From IMG/VR virus record IMGVR_UViG_3300009152_000029: DNA of 64,000 nucleotides. The stretch is one strand, 5' to 3'. This document shows, piece by piece, positions 56,102-64,000 of this stretch. Below the pieces are notes generated by a model. The model saw only the letters and a program-made list of their open reading frames with translations. It was not told the origin of the DNA and did not search any database. The DNA comes from an uncultured virus (IMG/VR IMGVR_UViG_3300009152_000029). Taxonomy: Duplodnaviria > Heunggongvirae > Uroviricota > Caudoviricetes. Position 1 is the first letter of the stretch. The number at the start of each line of letters is the position of its first letter. The position numbers and the translations under genes are program-made.

Positions 56102-58220
56102 TGTTTTCTAATATCCTTGCAGCAGACTTTTCGATGATATGTTCTTTGCGAGGAGCAACATTACTGCCCATCAGAACATTTAGGATTCTTGATGCTTCTT
56201 CAACATCTTCGACATTTACTTTGATAATTTGACGTTTGCCAATTTCCATAGTAGTTGTGCCAAGTTCATCAGCATCCATTTCACCCAAACCTTTGAATCT
56301 TGTGACTTCTATTTTATCACCATACTTCTTTCTGTACCCATCAAGTTCAGCTTCAGTATGAATGTAAAATTTATCATTCTTGTAATTGACTCGATAAAGT
56401 GGTGGCTTAGCAATAAATAAATGACCTTCTGTTATGAGAGGGCGCATAAATCTATAAAAGAATGTCATCAAAAGAGTTGCAATATGAGCACCATCATCAT
56501 CAGCGTCAGTCATAATTACAATCTTGCCATATCGAAGATCCTTAATATTGAAATCATCTTTTATTCCAGTACCAACAGCTGAAATGATTGCACCAACTTC
56601 TTCATTTTGCATAAGTTTGGCATAATCGTTCTTCTCTGGATTGATAATCTTTCCACGAATAGGCATAACTGCTTGATATTCTGGGTCACGACCACCCTTG
56701 CAACTTCCAGCTGCAGAGTCACCTTCAACAATGTAAAGTTCAGTAGACATTGCATCTTCCGAATTACAATCAGATAACTTTCCAGGAAGAGAACCTGAAC
56801 GACCAAGAAAACCTTGCCTCTTGATATTTTCAGATGCTCTCTTTGCTGCTGCTCGTGCCTTTGCTGCTCTCAAAGCTTTTTCTGCAATATTCTTGACTAC
56901 AGAAGGATTTTTTTCAAAATATTCTGTGATTGCCTCTGAAAAGAGCCTATTTACAACACCTTCAACTTCTTGAGAACCAAGTTTGCCTTTAGTTTGTCCT
57001 TCAAATTGAGGTTGTGGTAGGCGGACAGAAACTATGGCAATAATGCCTTCTCGGATATCTTCTCCGGAAAGGTTTGGCTCTTTTTCCTTAAGAACACCTG
57101 AAGAACGTGCAAATTGATTTACTACTCTTGTGATAGATGTTTTGAAGCCACTAAGATGAGTGCCACCGTCAGTGGTAAAAATATTATTTGCATAGGTATA
57201 AATTGTTTCTTCATCATCTTCACTGTATTGAAATGCAACTTGAACATTGACTTTGCCACTTTTGTTATCAAAGAAGAATGGCTTGAGTGGATACACCCCT
57301 GTCCGAGAAAACGCAAGATAACTTACGTAATCAGCAATTCCGCCTTCAAAGAAAAATTCTTCTTTGGTACCAGTGTGCTCATTTTTGTAAACAATCTTCA
57401 GTCCGCCGTTAAGATAAGCAGTTTCACGCAATCTGCGGATTATAACTGACTCATCAAAATGAATATTTTTCCAAGAATGGTTGAACCAAGAATCAAAGGC
57501 TTTTGTTAATATTTCCTCTGCATAGTTCATATATCCAAAACATTGGTTGAATACTTCAAGATTAACAGGGCCATTGATTAGTGCTTTGCGCCATTTGCCA
57601 GAACATTCTGCAAATTTCTCATCAATGTCAAAATCATCCAAGAGAACTTCACGAAAAGCATCTTCTACTGCAAATTGACCAAAAATATTATAGTCAGGAG
57701 AGAAAGTAATTTTTGTACCAGTAGAGGATGAATTTCCAATTTCGGTCACTTGAGACGCAGGAATTCCACGATCAAAGCTAAGTTGATACTTCTTCTTGTC
57801 TCTGCAAACTTCTACATCTAACCTTAATGAAAGAAAGTTTACACAAGAAGCTCCTACACCGTGAAGTCCACCTGATGCTTCATAGCCAGAGCCATCATCG
57901 CCGAACTTACCACCAGCGTGAAGTTCAGTAAGTACAATCTCAAGAGTAGATCGTTTCTTTGGATCTTCTTGCTTTACGGCTACAGGAATGCCTCTTCCAT
58001 TATCAATAACTGTAACTGAACGGTTGTCTTTAGAAACAATGACATCAATTTTAGTACAGTGACCAGCCATATGCTCGTCAACTGAGTTATCCAAAATTTC
58101 CCAGACTAAATGATGAAGACCTCTCTTACCAGTGTCACCGATGTACATTGCTGGTCGTGTCCTTACAGCTTCTTGGCTTTCCAAGATCTGTATGGAATTT
58201 TCATTGTATTGACTTGCCAT
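56094..58220 (-). CDS. gyrB: DNA gyrase subunit B with an insertion of about 70 aa
   Basis: RPAMYIG, EILDNSVDE, DNGRGIP, LHAGGKF, GLHGVG, EGDSA, PIRGK, MTDADDDG, RFKGLGEM. Confidence 0.97.
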   Translation of the reverse strand: MASQYNENSIQILESQEAVRTRPAMYIGDTGKRGLHHLVWEILDNSVDEHMAGHCTKIDVIVSKDNRSVTVIDNGRGIPVAVKQEDPKKRSTLEIVLTELHAGGKFGDDGSGYEASGGLHGVGASCVNFLSLRLDVEVCRDKKKYQLSFDRGIPASQVTEIGNSSSTGTKITFSPDYNIFGQFAVEDAFREVLLDDFDIDEKFAECSGKWRKALINGPVNLEVFNQCFGYMNYAEEILTKAFDSWFNHSWKNIHFDESVIIRRLRETAYLNGGLKIVYKNEHTGTKEEFFFEGGIADYVSYLAFSRTGVYPLKPFFFDNKSGKVNVQVAFQYSEDDEETIYTYANNIFTTDGGTHLSGFKTSITRVVNQFARSSGVLKEKEPNLSGEDIREGIIAIVSVRLPQPQFEGQTKGKLGSQEVEGVVNRLFSEAITEYFEKNPSVVKNIAEKALRAAKARAAAKRASENIKRQGFLGRSGSLPGKLSDCNSEDAMSTELYIVEGDSAAGSCKGGRDPEYQAVMPIRGKIINPEKNDYAKLMQNEEVGAIISAVGTGIKDDFNIKDLRYGKIVIMTDADDDGAHIATLLMTFFYRFMRPLITEGHLFIAKPPLYRVNYKNDKFYIHTEAELDGYRKKYGDKIEVTRFKGLGEMDADELGTTTMEIGKRQIIKVNVEDVEEASRILNVLMGSNVAPRKEHIIEKSAARILENNG

Positions 58221-58234
58221 TTGTTTTCCTTGAG

Positions 58235-58296
58235 CAAAAAAATAATGCTATGATTTTTATACCATAGCATTATACGAAAAACAAGCCAAATTTGAA
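58235..58296 (-). promoter_or_regulatory. Terminator-like inverted repeat overlapping a sigma70-like promoter upstream of gyrB
   Basis: 11-bp stem ATAATGCTATG/CATAGCATTAT (58242-58273) plus a T-run on the minus strand. Minus-strand TTCAAA-N16-TATAAT has its -10 inside the stem. AAGGA SD before gyrB. Confidence 0.55.
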
Positions 58297-58300
58297 ATAA

Positions 58301-58882
58301 TTACATTAATCGATCAGCTATACGATAAAGGCCAAATTTATCCAAATTTCGTGCTAATTTTACCATATTTTCAAGCTTTCTTGATGCCATACCTGGCATT
58401 CCTCCGCCAGGAGCTGGCTGTTCTTTTGCTTTATTCTTAGAAAAGCCGAATGAAAGATATTTTATAGCATTAGCAAAATCAGAAAGTTCAATTTCTAAAT
58501 CATCCAAATTTTCTCCATCAGGAAGTCTTTCCCAACGAGATTTGTTAGTATTTTCAATTTCTTCATCACTAACATCTTGATTTTCCATTCTTTTGCCAAC
58601 TCTTGACTGAACAACTCCACCATCTTCTGTGCCACCATACATAATCCAAATTTCATTGGCAAGTTCAAGTTCGTTGTCTTCAAAATCTTCCATCAATTTT
58701 TTTTCAACTTCAACATCTGCTAAAATTAAACCTAAATTTGAAAGTGGAATTCTGATAATTTTTTCAGCATTACCCCCAGCCATACCCGGACCAGCTGCAG
58801 GAGCTACTGGTGGTGGCATACCCATAGCAGCCATTGGATCTCCCATTGGTGGCATCATTTGAGATAAAATTGTTTTTTTCAT
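58301..58882 (-). CDS. Acidic protein with Met/Pro/Gly-rich linkers (193 aa), possible internal head/scaffold-type protein
   Basis: MMPPMGDPMAAMGMPPP N-terminus and C-terminal LARNLDKFGLYRIADRL helix motif. Confidence 0.65.
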   Translation of the reverse strand: MKKTILSQMMPPMGDPMAAMGMPPPVAPAAGPGMAGGNAEKIIRIPLSNLGLILADVEVEKKLMEDFEDNELELANEIWIMYGGTEDGGVVQSRVGKRMENQDVSDEEIENTNKSRWERLPDGENLDDLEIELSDFANAIKYLSFGFSKNKAKEQPAPGGGMPGMASRKLENMVKLARNLDKFGLYRIADRLM

Positions 58883-58883
58883 A

Positions 58884-59363
58884 TTATTTTACTGGCATAA
58901 AATTAAAATCTGAACGATGTCTTCCTCTGCCTTTGGTGTCAAAGACTTCTGTAGTCTGTTGTCCATTTTCAAAGAAATTTTCTTCATCTTTTACGTCTTC
59001 TTCTTCAAAAGAAAATACATCATCTAAAACATCAGGATCAATAATGTCCATCTTGCCCCAGGAAGGTTTAGTATTAGCTACTTTTCTGACTAATTGATTA
59101 GCAGACAATCCACGTCCGTCAATGTAATCATTTTCATCATCTTCATCATCCCAATTGCTGAGTGAACTCATAGAAATCAGAATGGCTTCGGTCATTTTAG
59201 CTTCTACAGTTTTAGAATCTGTTTTAGATAATCTTACAGAATTGAATTTTTTATTTATGATTGACGAAGCTAAAGCGATAATTTTAGCTTGCTCTTCTAA
59301 GGAGTGAATATTGGGAGCTATATCATCTAAAATAATGTGAAGGCCTGATTCTAAATTATGCAT
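58884..59363 (-). CDS. Acidic hypothetical protein (159 aa)
   Basis: 1-nt gap to the downstream gene. D/E-rich. Confidence 0.7.
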   Translation of the reverse strand: MHNLESGLHIILDDIAPNIHSLEEQAKIIALASSIINKKFNSVRLSKTDSKTVEAKMTEAILISMSSLSNWDDEDDENDYIDGRGLSANQLVRKVANTKPSWGKMDIIDPDVLDDVFSFEEEDVKDEENFFENGQQTTEVFDTKGRGRHRSDFNFMPVK

Positions 59364-59423
59364 ATTTTATCTCTCTTGATAAATTGTTATTACTATATTT
59401 TTTTATGGGGAGTAACAATACCT

Positions 59424-62400
59424 TTAGTCCTTTGTAATTTTATATTCTACTTTGAAATTTAATCCTCTTACTTTACCATTTTGTGTGATTCCAAAACCTG
59501 ATAAAATAGTAGAATTTGGTGTTCTTACTGCAATTCCAAAACTACGACTAGAAGCTGTTGACTCTACACCCATTTTTGCTGTCCCAAGAAAAACAGCATT
59601 TTCATACCCTGCTTTTAAGTTTTGCCATAATTCAGGGCTTGATTCATATAACTCAGATGAAGATGTGTCAATCCAATTAATGTTATCGGTGTTTAATATG
59701 TAAGCAGTTGTTTGTGTATTAGTGATTGTTCTTGGAACTGGCAATTTAATTCTAAAGTTTTTATTAGAATTAGTAGTGCCGTATCCAACATTGACAGAAA
59801 GTTGAGGTATTAGTTCTGAACTTGAATCTAAATCTGTGGCTCTGGTCCAAACATTTGAATTACCTATGCTTGAAACTATATAGACTCCATTTTCAGTTTG
59901 TGATGTTTGATTTTTAAGTAAAATTCTATCAAATTTTCTTAAAGTAATTTCATCAACTTTCGATGGAGGATTTGTTAGATTTATATTTGCAATTGATGCA
60001 ACTCTAGCGTCAGTCAATGTTGTGTTTTCTCTAATTTTTGTCCAATATATTGGAGTAATACCAATTCCTGGACTTACTACGTCTTCATCAAAGCTTAAGC
60101 CGTAATATCCTGTGTTTGCAAAACCAGATGAAACATATACTTTTTTGTCAACAGAAATTTCATCATCAGAATCTAAAAATTCATCTCTTGACAGATAGAA
60201 GTTTCTCACAATGTCGTAATAATAGATGCCATTTTCAGTTTCATTTGTTTGATTGAAAAGTAAAATTCTATCTCCTTTTTGTGCATTTAATATAATAAAA
60301 TTATTGACACTTAACGGGATAGTGCTTCCAAAAGAAACTGGTGAAAAATTTGATATAAAATTTTGTCTAAACCATTGTACGGGATGTGTTCCAACTGAAG
60401 TCAATGAGGGATCATAATACAATTCATAGTTTATATTTCTATTTGCATCATTTACGTACAAACTTGAAATTTGGAATTGAGTTGTACTTGATCCATTACC
60501 TACTCTTGTTAGATTAGGCATTACTTTTTTTCTAAATCTTGCAACTATTTTTTCAGAATTTGTAGTTTGTCCAAAAAAGAAAACTTTATTTCCTTCACTA
60601 ATTTCTCTTCCATTGATATAATCAGGAAGTGCGTTTAGATTTGAAAAATTAGTATGTCCTAAACCGACAACATCGATGACATACTCAGAACCCAAATTTT
60701 TCCATATAAGCGGAGTATTTAACGCTGACGCTCCTAAGTTATATGAAGAATTATCATCTGGCAGATTTAATTCAAAAATTCTATTACCAAATGAAACTCT
60801 ACCTAACTCATATAATTCTGAAGTTGCATTTAAATCAGTAGCTCTCACTAAAGTGTATTTGTTTCTAACAACTGAAGTATAGATGCCATTTTTAGTACTA
60901 TCTGATTGATTTCTAATCATAATAGTATCGCCAGTGCCAACTACGTAACCATCGAACTGCGCTGTGTTACCTGACCCAGATGGTGAACTCAAAGGCCCTA
61001 TCACAGGAACATAAGTTATATCATTGAAATCTGGAACACTACCTGTGTTACCTGTTGCACACAAGAAGCTAGATCTTGTAGCAACATCAATCCAAGAACG
61101 ATTGCTTGTGTTTCTGTTTGTATTAGCGGGATCGTAATATAAAACAAATGTTCCACTTCCGGCAGAATTAGTCAAAATTGCTTGAATCGGTGATAATGTA
61201 ACTCCGAAAGCTGAATGATAATCTAAGTTGACAGTTTGATATTCATTTCTTTTGAATGTGTAAACTTTCTGGTATCGTTTACCAGTTTTATCTTGCAGAA
61301 TTAATCTATTCAAATCATCATAATAAGAAGATTGATATGAAGAATCTATTATTTTGTCGCTATAATCTGGTGTGGTTTTATTAGTTAAAATTAGTACATT
61401 AGCATCAACAGTCAATCCCAAACCAGCGTACCAGTCTGTAAGAGTAGCTCCAATTCCTGAATTTATTAACTTTTCTAAATAGAAATCACCAGTGAATAAG
61501 CCAATTTTATTAAGAGTAATTGGATCAATAAGATTTGTGTCGTTGAAAACACTCGAATTCCCTAATCCAGTTTTAAAATAATACCCATCTGATGACAATC
61601 TGTCTGTGAAGAAATAATTTGATACTGAGTCGCTACTTAAAATGTGTTGAGCTACTGAGCTATAATTCTTGCTTGTGTCATAATCTGCAAGCCAAGAACT
61701 TCTATCTCTATTAAATTTAATTTCAGTAGTAGTAGCAGTTCCAATGCTGTTTACTACTTGAAAATGCTCAGAATCAATTTGCCAAGTAGATGAACCTAAA
61801 GCAACTCCGGAAGTAAAAATAAATCTGTCTTTGGTTACTCGTGGGATGTAATAATATCTATTTAGTATTTGTTTCGGTTCTGCGTCATAAGAAGGGACTG
61901 TATTATCTGCATAAAGATGTACATACAATGTCCCAGTCCAGCCAGAACCTACAACACTGATTTGACCATTACTTGGGTTTATTGTGTAATCAGTTGAGTA
62001 AGTTTTTGGAATAACTGTGTTACCAGTTGAAACTAAATAAACGTCAGATAAAGAAACTGGATAATTTGAATTAGTCCAAGTGAACACTGTCGTAGAAGTT
62101 TCTGGACGTGCAAGATAAAAAATTGTTCCACCAATTGAAGATTGAGCAACTAATCTTTTTGAATAATCAAGATGCCCATTTACTGAATTATTTTTGACTT
62201 TTCTTAAGTAGTAATTAAAATTAGTGTCAATATAAATTATTTGATAAATGCCGCTAGTCGATTTTCTAATGCTTGAATTATAAATATCCTCATCAGTAGC
62301 GTAATAGAACACTCTATCATTTATTTGGAAGTAAAATAGTGACGGATCTCCACTTACTAAGCTATATAATTGATTGCCATTTCTTTTGACTATCAAGATG

Positions 62401-63998
62401 TCATTAGATACAGTGTCTAGAGCTAAGTCTGCTAAAAGAGTATGTTGAATTGGAGCTAATCTTGGAAATTTATCTAAATCTTGTGTATTTGTATTTAATC
62501 TTATTTCAGAACCAATCTTAAAAGTTTCAGTTCCTGTGTGTAAATATTTTTCAAGGTCCTCTGTAGAGTAATCAGAGCTAAATGTATTAGCTCGAATTGC
62601 TACTTCACCTTGCATATAGACATATTTGCTCTGGAATGTTGTACCAACGCCCATATAACCTTGCTCTACTGATACGACTGATGGCCTTTCATAAGGTGAA
62701 GCAAGAGATTTTTTGTCGGTTGTTGATTCAAATTTAGTATCAAAATAAAAATCTTCGTGTTGGGTAAAATAGACACTACCTATGCCTGTAAATGAAGGTC
62801 TGTAGATACCATTTAAGGCTGATGACGAACTTGAGCCTGAGCCTACAAAAATCAGAACACTATCATTTGATTGTAAGATAGTATTGCCTAATCCAGAATG
62901 AGAGCGTACCAAACTCGATATAGCTGTGCCTGATGTAGTAGGTATTAATGATACATCAGCAACATTTAAAACTGCTTTGACAGAGTATTTTTGAAAATCT
63001 TGTTTATACCAATCAATATCTAGATCTTGTAATAAAGAACTGCCTTTACCCTCTGACCCAAAGAAATTTTCATAATTTTGAAAAGATGGGAATGAAATTT
63101 CAGGTACAAATATTTGACCAGTTTCAGTTGATGCAATTGATGCTATTTGATAGATACCTTTGATTTGTTTCTTAAAGTTTGGTGATACATTGTGACTTCC
63201 CGCAGGTCCTTCAGAAAGAACAGATTCAAAGATATCAAATGTCCAGCTAGACAAAGCATTTTCGTAATTAAAAATTTGTTTTTGAGAATTTCCTATTGCA
63301 GAAACAGTATAGATACCATTTCTAGTTTCATCGTCAATTCTTACTAAAACAGTGGTACCTACTGCAACTGCTACATCAAAATCATTAGGAGTGATGTATT
63401 GTGAAGAAAACTTGTTTACAGTTGTTTCTGCATTACATCTGATGTTTGTAATATTAGTTATATCAACCCAAGTTACACCAATTGCTCCTGGAGAAGTGTT
63501 TGTTCCTGGCGCATAAAGCATATATGTAGTGCCAGCTCCAGTATTACCATTTACAATTCTTGCAACAGATCCACGTAACACAGAGTAATTATCATTGAGC
63601 TTAAGTCCATAAACTACATCACAAATAGAACTTACACTGTATATACCGTTTTGTGCTGGAAAAGAAGTTTGGCCAGAAACCAAAACTCTTTGTGAAATTG
63701 CAATACCTGAATTAGAAAAATAAACTTCATTAACTGTAGTCAAGTCTGTTTGGTTTGCATTAACTAAATTGTTTACTGGCTCGTATGTGTAAGGATAATA
63801 TCTTTCTTGAATTGTTATAGGGTCAATATTGAGCAAGAATAAAGAATTATATGTTTCTGTTTTGCCCAAGTACCAAATATTTCCACCAAGGCTGTTTGTG
63901 TTATTAGCAACACTTACTACTGTTTGTGTAATTTCACTCGAACTGTCAAACGCAGTGTTTCTCACCCACAATCCAGTAGAACCTGATCCCACATTACT
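59424..63998 (-). CDS. 5'-truncated giant putative virion protein (>1520 aa) with about 7-8 LxxxQ...NG(I/V)Y modules
   Basis: Frame stays open to the window edge. Modules include RVLVSGQ..QNGIY, IMIRNQ..KNGIY, RILLFNQ..ENGIY and RILLKNQ..ENGVY followed by WTRATDLD. Confidence 0.8.
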   Translation of the reverse strand, partial: SNVGSGSTGLWVRNTAFDSSSEITQTVVSVANNTNSLGGNIWYLGKTETYNSLFLLNIDPITIQERYYPYTYEPVNNLVNANQTDLTTVNEVYFSNSGIAISQRVLVSGQTSFPAQNGIYSVSSICDVVYGLKLNDNYSVLRGSVARIVNGNTGAGTTYMLYAPGTNTSPGAIGVTWVDITNITNIRCNAETTVNKFSSQYITPNDFDVAVAVGTTVLVRIDDETRNGIYTVSAIGNSQKQIFNYENALSSWTFDIFESVLSEGPAGSHNVSPNFKKQIKGIYQIASIASTETGQIFVPEISFPSFQNYENFFGSEGKGSSLLQDLDIDWYKQDFQKYSVKAVLNVADVSLIPTTSGTAISSLVRSHSGLGNTILQSNDSVLIFVGSGSSSSSALNGIYRPSFTGIGSVYFTQHEDFYFDTKFESTTDKKSLASPYERPSVVSVEQGYMGVGTTFQSKYVYMQGEVAIRANTFSSDYSTEDLEKYLHTGTETFKIGSEIRLNTNTQDLDKFPRLAPIQHTLLADLALDTVSNDILIVKRNGNQLYSLVSGDPSLFYFQINDRVFYYATDEDIYNSSIRKSTSGIYQIIYIDTNFNYYLRKVKNNSVNGHLDYSKRLVAQSSIGGTIFYLARPETSTTVFTWTNSNYPVSLSDVYLVSTGNTVIPKTYSTDYTINPSNGQISVVGSGWTGTLYVHLYADNTVPSYDAEPKQILNRYYYIPRVTKDRFIFTSGVALGSSTWQIDSEHFQVVNSIGTATTTEIKFNRDRSSWLADYDTSKNYSSVAQHILSSDSVSNYFFTDRLSSDGYYFKTGLGNSSVFNDTNLIDPITLNKIGLFTGDFYLEKLINSGIGATLTDWYAGLGLTVDANVLILTNKTTPDYSDKIIDSSYQSSYYDDLNRLILQDKTGKRYQKVYTFKRNEYQTVNLDYHSAFGVTLSPIQAILTNSAGSGTFVLYYDPANTNRNTSNRSWIDVATRSSFLCATGNTGSVPDFNDITYVPVIGPLSSPSGSGNTAQFDGYVVGTGDTIMIRNQSDSTKNGIYTSVVRNKYTLVRATDLNATSELYELGRVSFGNRIFELNLPDDNSSYNLGASALNTPLIWKNLGSEYVIDVVGLGHTNFSNLNALPDYINGREISEGNKVFFFGQTTNSEKIVARFRKKVMPNLTRVGNGSSTTQFQISSLYVNDANRNINYELYYDPSLTSVGTHPVQWFRQNFISNFSPVSFGSTIPLSVNNFIILNAQKGDRILLFNQTNETENGIYYYDIVRNFYLSRDEFLDSDDEISVDKKVYVSSGFANTGYYGLSFDEDVVSPGIGITPIYWTKIRENTTLTDARVASIANINLTNPPSKVDEITLRKFDRILLKNQTSQTENGVYIVSSIGNSNVWTRATDLDSSSELIPQLSVNVGYGTTNSNKNFRIKLPVPRTITNTQTTAYILNTDNINWIDTSSSELYESSPELWQNLKAGYENAVFLGTAKMGVESTASSRSFGIAVRTPNSTILSGFGITQNGKVRGLNFKVEYKITKD

Positions 63999-64000
63999 GA

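Noticed and set aside
53646..57449. Several + strand ORFs of 60-145 aa opposite gyrA and gyrB
   Set aside because: Antisense shadows of conserved genes, with no motifs or ribosome-binding sites.
57465..57680. Intein or intron in gyrB (also considered for the helicase insertion)
   Set aside because: In frame, too short, no Cys/Ser start with His-Asn end, and no endonuclease motifs.
41007..58220. Bacterial chromosome origin suggested by dnaK, dnaJ, lepB and gyrAB
   Set aside because: The genes lack their usual bacterial neighbours (grpE/hrcA, dnaA/dnaN/recF), are divergent, and are interleaved with virion-type genes lacking signal peptides.
1..64000. Stop-codon reassignment, as seen in some large phages
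   Set aside because: Coding density is near complete in the standard code, and TAG and TGA terminate genes at tight junctions (e.g. 14756, 24032, 32380).
1..64000. CRISPR array, tRNA genes, diversity-generating retroelement or invertible fibre cassette
   Set aside because: I saw no regularly spaced nucleotide repeats, cloverleafs, reverse transcriptase, recombinase or near-identical TR/VR pair. The repeats are diverged and protein-level only. This was by eye; tRNAscan and a self dot-plot would be decisive.

Overview
AT-rich, gene-dense segment read in the standard genetic code, most consistent with a jumbo/huge tailed phage genome. No capsid, terminase or polymerase gene is visible, so this assignment is inferred from gene content. 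Positions 1-40957 (+) hold a run of giant putative virion/tail-tip proteins of up to 3479 aa. They are built from PKD, RCC1-like, SwmB-like, PA14, beta-propeller, vWA-like and tail-fibre-type 'LVKDQ...NG(I/V)Y' modules, and include a probable baseplate hub. Positions 41007-49892 (+) hold three adjacent serine proteases of different clans (S8, S26, S1), DnaJ, a holin-like membrane protein, an SF2 helicase, a Zn-ribbon protein, DnaK, a MerC-like protein and a degenerate DUF151 protein. A self-contained minus-strand 23-aa peptide unit lies hidden at about 46.7-46.9 kb. Positions 49893-64000 (-) hold two tail-tube-like paralogs, small structural and LamG proteins, a complete gyrB-gyrA pair with unusual features, two acidic proteins and another giant repeat protein truncated by the window edge. 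I saw no rRNA, tRNA, CRISPR array, intein or IS element. All domain calls come from motif recognition by eye, not from database searches.
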